Positions 12,865 to 25,631 of a stretch of 64,000 bases of DNA are shown here, one piece after another (position 1 is the first letter of the stretch; each line of letters starts with the position of its first letter). Source of the stretch: Marsupella aquatica. Taxonomy: Eukaryota > Plantae > Marchantiophyta. Both the position numbers and the translations under genes were made by a program. Below the pieces are notes generated by a model. The model did not search any database. It was not told the origin of the DNA and worked only from the letters and a program-made list of their open reading frames with translations. Location: NCBI GenBank assembly GCA_973895155.1, contig OZ316891.1, forward strand, positions 30,325,112 to 30,389,111, in the 5' to 3' direction.

Positions 12865-15800
12865 ACGTCCACTGTCCTGTCCCTAGCGCGCAATCGATCT
12901 CTCGCCCCATTCTTGCTCTTCATCTTCTCATAGGTCTATCGAACGAATACACTTCATCTTGTTCTGCTCATACATAGTGTTTTTCCGAGCGGATCACCTC
13001 ACATAGATCATCAGATTGTGGATCTCCGTTGCATTAAACTATGGGAATGCTTCATGATCGAAAGCACCCCTCTCCCTGATCTTCCCTGATTTGAGTTGAT
13101 CTAGTTTCGAGCAATGGAGTTCCAAGTGAGACTGAAGGCATGATTGCTTCAGGTTGACCAGATCTGGAGATAAAGTGGCATGGTTGAAACAATGCACTAA
13201 TAAAACATGTTTTTCAAATTCTACTTCCAGGTGTAAACACCACCACAACTAAATTGAGTTCAGACATTGCATCTCAAACATCCCAAATTGAACTCCTCGA
13301 TTTTAATGACCGGAAGAATTCCTACATCCAAATTTGAGGGACTGTAGACTAGAGAATATCTTCATCAGACGTCATTCCTTGTGTTCAATGCTCGAGGAAG
13401 CAGACCTCTGGCAAGGACAGACCAGAATGGTGCAGCCATGACCTTGTACAAATAGCATTGAATGGAAGACCTTGGCGTTAAGTTAAATGGTCTGTCTAAA
13501 TTCCGTCTTTAATTCTTGTTGTGCTCTACCGCCCGAGCTTGAATTAATCTTCTAGACGTGGCCCCAAGTCTTGCGCTTTTGTCCCTATGCCTGCTTTGCA
13601 GTGTGTGCATGATATAACCCAAAGTAAAGGTCTTGTATCGTTGAGGATTGCTCTCATCAATGAGCAGTTCCCCATCATATTCAAGAAACAAACAACTAAA
13701 CGACGGTGTATTCGTTTGTTGACCACCGCGGTACAACGCACTCCTGCATTAGCGTTGGTTTATGCAACCCGTAGCATGATATGAGCAAACTTTCCCAGTC
13801 AGTTTGCATACGATGACCACACAGACAGACCCGGAGCGAGTGGCATAAATCAAAAGCCTGGACATGTGTTTGATTTCTAAGGAGAATCCAAACCCAACGA
13901 GTTGATGAATGGATCCATCACAAACATTTCGTATACCGTGCTATTATGACCGTACCTCTTTTTAAACAAATTCAGGAGATAGTGTTGGAACTTCTGAACG
14001 GACTACTACGATTAAGCCAGATTTCTGTAGCTAACGATTAGTTATGTTCCTCTTAAGACTGGCAGACGGATAAAGAATCATTTATCTTCTCTCCTGTTCC
14101 CATCCCTGTGTCAAAAAAAATAAAATTCACCCGGCTGTAGTTTATGATACAAAAATGCACAGCGCATTGATTCCAGCTTCAGATGTTCCTGCAATGGTCT
14201 CATTTCCCATGGGTGCTGAAAACTCCTCTCGTGGGGGCAAGCAGCCCGTTTAAAAGGGTTCGAATCTATCGAACAACTCATGAGGGAGTCGATATCTAGC
14301 ATGAGTCCGGATCTGAGAAAGAGTCGGTTTCTTTGAGTCCCAAATACGCCGATGAGTAGATCAAGTTTTCTTCGCCTCGAACTTTTCAAAGCAATGAACG
14401 ACCCAAAGAAACAACAGGCAGAAAGTGGAAAGAGGAAAGACCAAGGCGATAGAAACAAGAGAAGGCATCTGATCGACGAAGGCTAGGTGCACACGTAACG
14501 AACTAAACATAAAAACCTATGCAGAACTGGCTACGAAAAGTACCTTCACTAGATTTAGTTTTTAGCCTAAGGATCTCTGATGCAAGATTCTTCGCAAGGA
14601 CAAGACGCTCCCCCCAGAATGTTAACACAGCCTGGTAGTCTTGTACACTGTTAGATAAATTGGAGTTAGGTTCAATGAATGCCTTTCGAGGGCAAACAGG
14701 ACCTCAGTGACATGATCGCCAAAGACCTTTCTTCTCAAGAACTTAACATGGAATTCAACTCACCGTAGCTCAAGACTTGACATCCCAAGAGTTGTCAAGG
14801 AGCAACTATCACGCCTGATACCATAGCTCTCCTTCATTCTTCAACTAAGATATTCCCTCTTTTGTAGAGGACAGATGGGAACATGTTTGCGTCAATTATT
14901 CACGGCAATGGCACAAAAGACGGAACGTCTTCAACGGGTAGAGACTTGCATGCAAAGGAAAGTCCTCACTATGCTGACAACAAGGGCCCTTCATGAGCCT
15001 GATACGAATCCATTGACCATCTTTTTCTAGTTGTTATCGTCCAACTTTGTCGTGCAGCAATGATATTAAAGACAATTCTAGAGTAGTCTAATGAGGCACC
15101 ACAATTACTCACACAGGTGGCGCGAGCTTTTACTTGTTGAAATTACTTTGAAACTTTTTGAACTAAATTTTGAGGTCAGGAAGAGTAACTTCAGCCCTAG
15201 GTTTCTATATCAAGGGACAACAATGGCAGCTTGCCGCAGAACAGGATGGGTTGTTGAGTTGGACCAAAACCTTCAATGCCAGTCTGCCATCTCTTCTCGA
15301 AACCAGTTACAATCATAAATTTAGATCGCTTGTTCTGGCTGTAGTTTGTCAATGCTAAAGTAACTGCGCAGCTCATTCTGGAGGTATTGGATGGTAATGA
15401 CTGCAATCTAATTTCTGGTGAGTAGACAGGTCAGGGGAGCTGCGTTTGAATCCATACTGCTGCCATGTAGGCCAACTTTGTGCATGCCAACTGACCACCG
15501 ACAAAATTTTGTTTCTTCTCAGCGGTCCTGCAGAGCTTGGTACATCAGTCCATTGGAGGCCCATCAATTGGGACGGGTGTCAGGACTTGATCAAATCCCA
15601 CTCGTGTAGCTGAGATTCGCTGAATTGAGCACACTGCTTACAGTCTGTAGCAGACTGTATGGATTGCCAAGTAGAGTCAGTAGCCCAACAGATACCAAAG
15701 AACTATTTTGCAGCCCAATAATTGTACCTACATCTGCTATTTGAAGGGATCTTTTCTGTTCCATGTATCACGAGAAAGCTGAGCAATTGCTTAGTAGCTT

Positions 15801-16188
15801 CAGTAGATGGTGAGCTTTTACACAAATTAGGATTGTCCCACTCGTTTGTCTGAGTCTACTCTAGCGTCCACCTCCTGGGTGGATAATCTGGATAATCTGG
15901 CCTCCTTACCAATGGACCCTAGAATCCAACGCATGGTGAAGTGTATAGTCTTCATGAATGCGTCGCGATTCTTTGGAAGCACTTGACATACCGTAACGTT
16001 GAGCAAAATATTTGGACAGTTTCGTGTTCATGCAAATGTAGAGAAAGGACTTGGTGGGGCTACCCTTTCAATAACTGATAGAGGACTCATCAATAAGGAA
16101 GGGGCTGCCCTTTCAACTCCTGCACATTTGCAATCTCGTTGTTGCCCCAATCACTATTTCGGTGCAATTGAGAGCTTGTGGAGACAAA

Positions 16189-16887
16189 CTATATGATTTT
16201 GCCACGTATTTGAGACGGATAATCAGCCGACGGTACTTCTTGCTTAGCTGCTGCTCCTGTAGAAGATTGGCCCTTGTTAACAGATCTTTCCTGCATTTCC
16301 GCATTTGTCATCGATCTATCCTCAGCATCCTTTGTCATCACTTCTAGCCTTGAGAGGTTCTCTGGTAAAGAGTACCTCCTTTCAGACCCATTTCCTAGGG
16401 TTGCAGATTCCGAGGAGGACGATGAGGAAGACCTTCCACTAACACCATCTTTGACCGCTTGTGAGATCATCACGAGGCTTGAGCCTCTTCCTCTTAGCTT
16501 CCTGGGGACGGCTGCGGATTCTGCCTGTTCGTGCTGCTGCGAAGTCGATGCTGTTGTGCTCTCTCTCTGCCGAGTTATCGATGGCAGCAGCGCTCTACCG
16601 TTTTGAAGGCCACCTTCGTAACCATAACTACTTGTCCACCATTTACCATAGCCTTTCCCAGGGGGTGCTTTGGAGCTGAGCCCACCCTCCCATTTGAGAA
16701 TGGAACTCTGGGGTTGTGTTCGGGGATCAGAATCTCCCGAGAAACAGCCTGCGTGATAGAACAACCTGATCTTGCGACCGTCTCGTACATAAATGGGAGT
16801 GTTGACGTAGATTGTGCCTCGGCATTCCCGACATGTATGGCCTGTGTGATTCGCTACGCCCGAAGAGACAGTCCAGTAATCTCCCAT
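16189..16887 (-). CDS. Intronless protein with an N-terminal PARP-type zinc-finger-like domain (CxxC...HxxC) and a Ser-rich disordered tail
   Basis: From ATG 16887: MGDYWTVSSGVANHTGHTCRECRGTIYVNTPIYVRDGRKIRLFYHAGCFSGDSDPRTQ, an open frame of about 232 aa. Confidence 0.65.
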   Translation of the reverse strand: MGDYWTVSSGVANHTGHTCRECRGTIYVNTPIYVRDGRKIRLFYHAGCFSGDSDPRTQPQSSILKWEGGLSSKAPPGKGYGKWWTSSYGYEGGLQNGRALLPSITRQRESTTASTSQQHEQAESAAVPRKLRGRGSSLVMISQAVKDGVSGRSSSSSSSESATLGNGSERRYSLPENLSRLEVMTKDAEDRSMTNAEMQERSVNKGQSSTGAAAKQEVPSADYPSQIRGKII

Positions 16888-18221
16888 GATGGCATGATAG
16901 ATTGATTCGAGGCCTCCAATGAGAAGTTGCTTATGAAGATGCTCAAACAAAGGCCCTCCCAGTCACTCATTCGATTAAAATGAACCACATCATTGTCCAA
17001 TAAATCTGCTATGGAAGTGCATTGGAGCATTTCGGAGACAGTTCGGGGAAGAAGGAATAAATTTGTAGTCCACCGTGACCTAAAGCTGACATGGGACGAA
17101 ATTGTACGATTCTACTAGAACATTTGGATCTTCACTGCTACCCAAAATGGGCTATAGGACCTAGTGTAAGATGACTACGAGGCGGTAGAAAATGATTGAA
17201 TGACTCGTAGTCCATTGGGGTCAAACTGGGACCAAAATCTGGCAATGATTGTTGGGAGATCAAGTATGAGGCAATGATATGTCAGTACATTGGGACCTGA
17301 ATCGTCCATTGGATCAATCAATTCAAGAGAAAGATGTCACAGACTAAAAAATTGTGAGCAACGAGTATAGAATGTGGACAGGAGTGTGGGAGACTCAGTA
17401 GACATCAGAAGTATAATCTTTGGATTGGACTACATGTCTAATTATGAACTGACAAGCTGAATCTAAAACAATTTGCCTAACGAATGAATCACCTCACAAA
17501 TGACACAAATGACGTAGTGGCCCTAGCTGCGCCAGAGGGGATTTAATGACTATCTCCCAACGTTGGCGATTGAAAGTTCCAACGAAAGATGTCCGGTCAA
17601 AGACTAGTCAATTTTGAACATTGTCGCCAACACCTCGCTTCATTTGCGCCACTCTGTGCAAATAAAGCAGAGGTGTCGAAGAAGATGTAATAACAGACCA
17701 CAAGCATGAAAAGAACACATATGAGCCAGAGGAGTAGTATTCTTAGGTTTTCGAAAGCGAAGAGAGTTTGACGAGAATGTACCTCAAAGCAGTTAGTCCG
17801 CAAGTTCACACGCAACCCCTCCAATTGTCCTGGAAAAGCCCAAATTGAATACGGCTCTAGGGTCCTCATTTGGGGCCATTTTCAGACCTGATTTCTCTGT
17901 TGTATCCTGTGATGGATTTGGAGTGACGCACCTGTTCAAACGAGAAATTCGGAGATTGCTGAAGTTCATGCCTTTCCTTCCCTTCCCGCCGTCAGACTCG
18001 CGCCCCTGAGCTCATCTGACTCAACCTTTCACAATTTGTTTCGGAGTTGATGGATTCATCACCCTCACCCAGTCCTTTTGCCTCTCTCCTATTGAATTGT
18101 TCCGCCCACCACTGAATTTGCCGACAAAAGGAGACGGACAGATAGATTGTGAGGTTTGATCGAGCAATCTACTTTGTCCGCTGCAACAGAGCACCCAGCC
18201 AGCCAAAAACAACACTGAAAC

Positions 18222-20640
18222 ATGGCGGACGAGACCGATGACGATGATCTGTCGCAAATGGACGGGGAGACAGATGCGGGTGACGGGACTGAAGCCGGAA
18301 CGGAAGGAGATGAAGGATTCGAGGGGCTCGAGAAGGTTTACATCTAATCCGATACCGCCGCCATTGCTGTATCGCTAAACATGGCAAATTAATTAAAATC
18401 TTGCAGCTGTTGGTGCATTGTGAGTTCATGGTCTCGAGTTGCTGGCCTTGTTTGACGAGTGGAACTTCATTCAACTCCAGATGGACATGAATTCTCCCCA
18501 ATATACAGGAGGGATCTCAATCCAGTGGATCAATCTTAAGAACACTGACCAATTCACAAGTGCATTGCATCATTGTCTTCTTTGTCTTCAAGCTAAGGAT
18601 TCTCATGGAACTTGCTCTAGAGCACTGAATGCTGTGTTGACACAGGGAGTTGTGGTCAACCATGATTGGGAATAGTAAAGCAGACTAGTCGATCGTACCA
18701 CAATTATACAAACCATTGTTTTCATGCATAGGGTAGGAGCATGATGCCAATTGTAAGCTTTCATCCTTAGACAGTTTTGTAACTTCAGCGCTTGGCCCAG
18801 TTTATTAGTTTCCCTCTTAGCATCTATCGACAATTGGTCTCTAGAGGATGCAATTGCATTGAATCGTACACGGATGATCGGTTTTGTTCTTCCGAATTAT
18901 CGTTTTCTGCAGTGGGTTTGTGCTACCTCTATTGACTGAATCTTATGGACTTAGTCTTTTGAAGTGTATAGGTTTCCTTGTGGAATCTATCTGCAGTTAG
19001 TTATGGTTAGCTCTAATGGATTGCATTGCACCGACTCGCTACTAGGTTATTGGTTCCGTCTTGGAATATAAGTACATATTGAATTGGTAGTGTCAGCTCG
19101 AGAGGATTGCACTGTACTGACCCTTTTGCAGTTTATTAGTTTGCTCTGGGGATCCGATTTGCAGCTACGAAGTTCCAGTTGTAAGAGGATTACAGCGTTG
19201 GACACCTAACCGAGTACCTTAATTGTTGGGTCTTCCTGTGTTGAAGTTCATTTCCCGTAAGTATTAAGGAAACTGATGATTGTCTGTTGGCACGCTGCCG
19301 TGATCTTGCACATGGAATGGTAGAAAGAAGCCCCGCCCCCACCTCCAACAGAGCTCCACAATTCCGTCCTGTTCATGGCCAAATACTTGGACCAAAAGCT
19401 GGACAAACTGTTTGCGGCAACAGAGAAGATCAACACGGACATGGCCGAGATGGAGAAGCGGATCATGACCACATTCGAAAACACTATGAAGATAGAGCAT
19501 GATGCCGTTTTCTTGAAGATCATTGCGATCGAGAATTTGTTGGATGCGCAGGGGAAAATGATTCGCGACGGAGACAAAAAGTCTTCGCAACAGGCGAATC
19601 AGCTGGATGAGTTGCAGAACCAAGTGGGGATTATTTCCTTTAGATTGCACTGACTGACCTGACCCATCCTTCTAGTCAAGGCACCATTCTCATCTCTCTT
19701 TGATTTTCCTCCTAGCTAGTCCATCATCGTCCAGTTGATTTGTCGTGCATTCCGCACTCGATTACATCCTCACTGGGTTGAAGGCATCCAATCATCTCAA
19801 AAAGTCCGACACTGCCTCCTCAACCACCTCTCGATCCCTCATTTCAGTTGATCCGTACTCAATTCTATCTGAGTCTGAAATTATTTTGGGTCACTACGAT
19901 GTAATCATGTCAGGTCTCTCCGTATTCTTGTAGTGAAGGCAACAAATCCATCTAGGAGCTAGCTTCAATCTCTATCTAGGCTTCACGAAATTCGAGCTCT
20001 AATTCAATTCCCTGAGCCACAAGCTCTGCTGAGGCTGAGTCTAGGTCCAGTTCCACTGAATTCATGGATGTAAACGCTCGGCGATGATGCATTTCACCAT
20101 TGATACTCTTTCGTCGAAATGTTGATCTAGAAATAATAAGAATCCTGAACAAGAAATGAGTGGAGAGCAAAGAAAAGCATTGAAACCTTGAGGTCACTCT
20201 CAAACTGTCTCTCCAAATTGTATGTGGGATGTGATAGGAGGGAACCGAAAGTGGATCCGAGACCCAAGCAGGCACCGAGGATGGAACGGAGTCGGAGGCG
20301 GGCACCGAATCAGAGGCTGGGGGAGAAACCACGGATGGGGAGGAAACAGAAGGAGAGGAGGAAGCAGAAGAAGAGGAGTGAAGAATGACAGTAGAACAAC
20401 AACCCACTTACAATAGCTACAGCGAAGATCGATAGCTTGGCTGAGGACTGAGAGTCATGAAATTGCACTCAAGTCCACAGCAATTGCAGAGCAAGAAAAT
20501 GTGCAACAGTTATCGATCCCAGTTTTCAGATGATCCTGAGGAATTAGAGGAATTGAATAAGTTGATAGAATGCTCTCCAGTCTTCAATGTTTGCTCAGAA
20601 AGAGAATGCAAATCAATTCCAATAGATGTCTACCAGGGCT
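18222..20640 (+). pseudogene. Probable decayed multi-exon gene with acidic and coiled-coil segments, function unknown
   Basis: ATG 18222 opens MADETDDDDLSQMDGETDAGDGTEAGTEG. There is a coiled-coil ORF at 19375-19653 preceded in frame by a TAG, and an acidic GTE-repeat stretch near 20240-20380 with in-frame stops. Confidence 0.3.
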
Positions 20641-23519
20641 AGTGACAGATTCAAATCCCACCTTTCATTAGTGGGAAGTACAAGAAAAGACCAGGGCTCT
20701 GCACATAGATTTGTTCCTGCAAGAGATTGGTAGACTATGGCAGCGATCCCCTACAGTGAGTTCCATTGCAATTTGAAATCAAAACTGTGATAGGATATAC
20801 GTCTAAGACAACTTCACATTAATCCCCATCCCCCAAGTTTCTCAGCTTCTGTTTTGTTGATAGACCAACTGACCAATGGACATTTTTGTGAATAATCAAA
20901 AGGAAGCCTGGCCTTTCCTTTCTCAATCTGAGTCTCTCAAGGCCATATAGTGGACACAAACATATAGCCATTTGTTTTTCTCAAAATCTGGTGTTTTCAG
21001 ATTGCGTTCGCTGGCTTTGTGCTTTCCAAGTTGTTCCACTACTCCCTGAGGTATTTGTCATGGTGTAAAGAATAAGGATCTCTCCAGCTGTGGCCTGTAT
21101 TCCCAGGGCTACAATTAATTATTGTATGGATACATGCAAAATACCACAAGCAAATACCACTTTCCACTGCTTGTCTTGTGTATCCCAAACACTCTTCAGT
21201 CAGGCACCATATTGACATGAGCAAATGCCAGAACGAGTATCTATAGGGTCATCTGGTCATATCCATATTGTAAATAAATGTTTATAATCACTCCAAGTAT
21301 TACAATAAACTCCACAGCTCAAGAGCAGAAAGCCAAAAGAGCAAATCTAAAAGCCAAGCTTCAACTAAACTGAAGTAGGAATTAGAGGCACCATCAAAGT
21401 GGGCCTGAGAGAATTGGAGTTGTAACAAGAAACCCTACTCTACCCTAAATACTGGTATAGCTTTAGGGTAAGCCACATATGAGAATTACCAAGATGCTTG
21501 AATGGTAAATGCATGCACCCTCTAAATTGTGAATGAATTTTGCTGGTAAACAAAGGCCAAACTAATTGACATGGGTGGAAAGGGGCAACTTCCAACAGAA
21601 AAGACTACACAAGTATGTAGAAAGTAGTCAAAATTTTGGATGAATAGACCTAAATGCCTCTAGTGCAAAGGGCTAACACAAATCCCCCAGATACCCAACT
21701 GTATCTAATTCTCTTTGAGCTGAGTACAAGCTAGGTTGTTGGTGTTGTGTTGTGTTGCATGCCCTCAAATATGAGCAGTTGTATCAATTATAGCCCCCCA
21801 AAATTGAGTAGGGTCCACATCTGCATTTACTTAGGTCCACTATTTGCCATGTAGGATCAATAAACACCATACTTAATGCACCCAAGTTATTGCAAAGCCA
21901 ATTGCAACCTTTCCACTCATTATATGGTCCAGCCTTACCATGGAGGGAATAAAAGGAACCAATGGCCCTCAAGTCTCCTGAAGTCACTCTTAGAGCTAGG
22001 TTCCATGGGGCTGGGAATAAGGAGTACGGATGCTGTCAGAATTTTTAAGCCAATAAGATTGCAGTTTTTCCAGGGACTGAGGGTTGTACAAATACTGTAT
22101 CAAGGAGTGTGATTTTCCCTCACACTCCCTGTTAAACTTCAGGGGTACCCCCTGCCCCTGTATAAAAACAGTCTAGGGCATTCTCATTGGCTCCTAAGTC
22201 AAAATTCATACATTTGAAATACTATTTGAAATACTATGTACACCTTGGTATATGGTGTATTTGGGCCCCAGGGGATGTCAGAGGGAGTGAACGTACTCCC
22301 TACCCCTGGCCCATGGAACCTGGCCCTTATTCACAGAAACTGGGGCCTTTGGGGGGGGGGGGGGGGCGGGGAGCAGAGATTGCCACCACTTCTGAGAACT
22401 ATTGTCTTCCCCAAAACATAGTGCCATGATGCTCTATTCAAATAGTGCATGTGGCACTCTATTTCAATATGGCACCCGCACCTTTGACAATCTGTTTTAA
22501 TTTTTTATGTGCACAGTCAAATATTGGCTTTGTGTTCCAATAATGGCATTTTCATAGGATTAGTAAATGTGCTCTTTGTAGAACTGTTTAGGGTCAAAAC
22601 TCAAACACAATGCCCCACACACTATTTGTTGTGTTTGAATTCAAATGTCTTTTTGGTCACTGAACCAAACAGTTTCCATTTTTTAACACATTGCCATGGC
22701 CTCCTGTTCTTAGGGGGAAGAAGGTAGTTCCATGAAATCATCAGTTTATTCTTTTGGAGGTCAAGATTTATCAACTTCCACCTCATTGAAAAGTCTTCAT
22801 TCCTGTGGACAAAAATTCACAGGCAGCTCTATGAGCAGGTTTTTTAGTGGCTTGCCTAATTCCACCTCCCCAAAAAAACCTTCTAATTTTCTGGCCAGTT
22901 TGGTGAAACAGTAAAAACCTTAAAAACTAAGCTGCTCTCTATGTCTTGGATTAGCCAATATCTCACCTAGCCACTCCTTCATTAGCCCGAATCAGAGAGT
23001 ATCCCTAAATCTAAAACGATCTAATGGTCGAAATCAATCTTAAAATTAGAAAAGAAAATCTGGTGAGTATCTACCCCTATACAAAAGCTGACATTTACCA
23101 GCTTGGAAAAACAATTACCCTAAGAATAATCCTCATCATCACCCGGGGCAGCCAATGGCTGTCGCCATAGATGCTACGTGTCCCAGTGTCCCACACCTTT
23201 AGCAAACAGATTCATATAAAAAAAAGTACTTAGTAAACAACAAAAGCAGTGGCGGCTCTTCTTGTCGCGAAATGACTGGCGGCAGGATCTTCGAGGATCT
23301 ACTGTACTACCGGTATGTACAGTATGATATACCGTAATTAGTTATGGCAAAAACGGCGCTGTGGAATGTCGGGAGAGGTCGGTAACCCCGTGACGTGGCC
23401 ATAGTTACCACGTTTGGAATCTACAGTAAGTTGCATTAGCAATTACCGCTATTATTAGGCGAACAACAGAATTTCGAAGTCCCATGGACCACAAGGTTGG
23501 GTTTTGAGACTCCCGTGGA

Positions 23520-23950
23520 TCACAATTTCCAAAATATGAGTTTAATGGTAATAATTTAATACTTTAATTAATTAAATTTTAGTCGGGGGAAAGTGCTGGA
23601 AGCGTAGGTGAGTTATACTTCCACAAAAGTGAAAGACTATTTTGGCCATTTTGGTTAAAATTTTCATAATAAAATGAGGAGGGGATTCCATGACATCTAA
23701 TAAAAAAACCTTTGAGCTTATAGGTGCAAATCTAAAACTTATTTTTAAACTCACAGGGCATCAGTTATGGGGCCCAGACGGACCACTAAAATGTGTTCCA
23801 TAAAGTTCCCTCACAATTTCCAAATTTTGAATTTAATTATAGTAATTTATAATTTATATATTTTTTAGTTTGGGGGAAATGCTAGAGCATTAGGTAAGCT
23901 GTACTTCCATCCAAGTGATTGTTTGAGCCATTGTACTTGAATTTTTCACA
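23520..23950 (+). repeat. Diverged direct duplication (about 290-bp spacing), AT-rich, probably TE-derived
   Basis: TCACAATTTCCAAA...TTAGT..GGGGGAAA..GCT..A...TAGGT..G..TACTTCCA appears at about 23520 and about 23811. Confidence 0.55.
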
Positions 23951-24199
23951 ACGAGGAGAGGTCAAATGAAGGTTTAGGGTTTGGGGTAAATTCTATTAGA
24001 TGTGTTGAATATTTGGCCCTTGTGCCCAGAATTATTTAATACTCATAATCATAAGTGATTCAGCCCAAACTCCCATGGGCCAACTAAAAGTGGTCCAGGA
24101 GAGCACGCTCCATCCTGGCTTCTCGTGAAGAAAATCTGCCCTTTCGCATTGATTTGCGCACATTGAGTGGAGATGGAAGCTATGGTCGACAATCAGGTT

Positions 24200-24510
24200 C
24201 GTGGAAAGTGAAGCCCACGACTAGTTCTTCTTTTGCTTTTGTCTTGAAAACACTGCAGTGAAATGCATGGCGAGCAAGGTACGTGGAAGGTGAGACACAC
24301 GAGTTGTTCTTCTTTTGCGCTGTCTTGAAAGGCTGCATTGAATTACATGAAGAGAACGGTTCATTGGAAGGTGAGGTCTCCGAGTTCGTCTTCTTTACCT
24401 TTGTCTTGAAAAGCTGCATTGAATCATTGAATTACATGAAGAGAACGGTGCTTTGGAAGGTGATGTCCACGAGTTGTGCGTCTTTTTCTTTTGAAAGACT
24501 GCTTTACATG
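24200..24510 (+). repeat. Degenerate tandem repeat, about 4 units of 80-90 bp
   Basis: Recurring TGGAAGGTGA...CGAGTT..TTCTTT...TGTCTTGAAA.GCTGCATTGAAT. Confidence 0.7.
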
Positions 24511-25631
24511 TAGAGAAACAGCATGCATTGGAGGTAGCTCGTAAGCTGCTCGCTAAGGGATGAATCCCGGAAAGTGGAATTTCTCTAGTGCTTGTTTGGG
24601 ATTTTGAGTAGCCTTGTTGTGAAGGACTTAATATGGACGATCGTTGAGACTGAATGTGGGCCCTGCTCTGTGGAATGATCGTCAGATTTGGAGAATCTCA
24701 GTGAATCCGAATTTTCAGTGTGGTTGGTTGGACATTCTCTTTCATCGACAGCTGAGTAGGCAGACAGTGGCGTCTCTGTGTGTGTTCACGTTCGCAAACG
24801 TGTTGTGATAATCGACCGATGGAATGTTGGTGGCGCTCGGCGTGTAATTGAGCGGTCAGTTTGTTCGTTCTGCGGCTCATTCTGTCTAGAAGATCGCAGC
24901 GCTCCTGTAAGATTTGCAGTCTGTCTGCAGGTAGACGACTCCTCTGCAATCATTTAATTCCTTGACTAGCTCGGCAACTCCTCCCTTCACTTTCATTCCG
25001 ATTCCTGGACAATAATCCCTACGAGTCGTAAGAAAGTTGTGGACAGGTCACTGCAGGGATGGAGAGAACTCAGGGAAGTACAGCACGGATGCATAGCGGT
25101 CAGGCTCCTTGTGTTTCAATCTGTCTGGCTTTCCAACTTGACAAACAATCATGAGACTTGATGAGCAGTCGCCTCTGCCAAGACTCCCATGCTGCACCAC
25201 ATCATACATCACACCTCCACGCTTCACGTCACCACACTTGTAGGCGTCTTAACTAGGGGGGCCAGATCAGCGGAGCGGACGGTCTACGTGGAACGAAGCA
25301 TCCGAACTTCGGTGGCGGCCACACTTTTGGTCAGAAGGGCGGCGCAGGTCGAGGAGCAGGTTAGCAACTCCTCCGGTGTGACGGAGAGAGTAGTCCCACA
25401 GTGGGATACCAAGGATTTTTGAAACTTCGACTGCACTGACGGAAGGTTTGATCCCCGAGCACCAGCCGGCTGTCTACCTGTAGTAACCTTCTTAGAAAAC
25501 TTCTCATGACGCACAGTGAACGTGGACATCCAATTCGGTGGTTAAAGCTCTCCAAAGTGAACGGCGAGACAGACCTGTTCTTTAGAACATAAAACTAGAA
25601 AATCTCGGTCCCTTCGTTTGTACGAACTGAA

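Noticed and set aside
13039-15640. Possible minus-strand exons (e.g. GCVNILGERLVLAKNLASEILRLK near 14545-14630)
   Set aside because: The fragments look coding-like but contain stops. I could not assemble a gene model or recognise a family.
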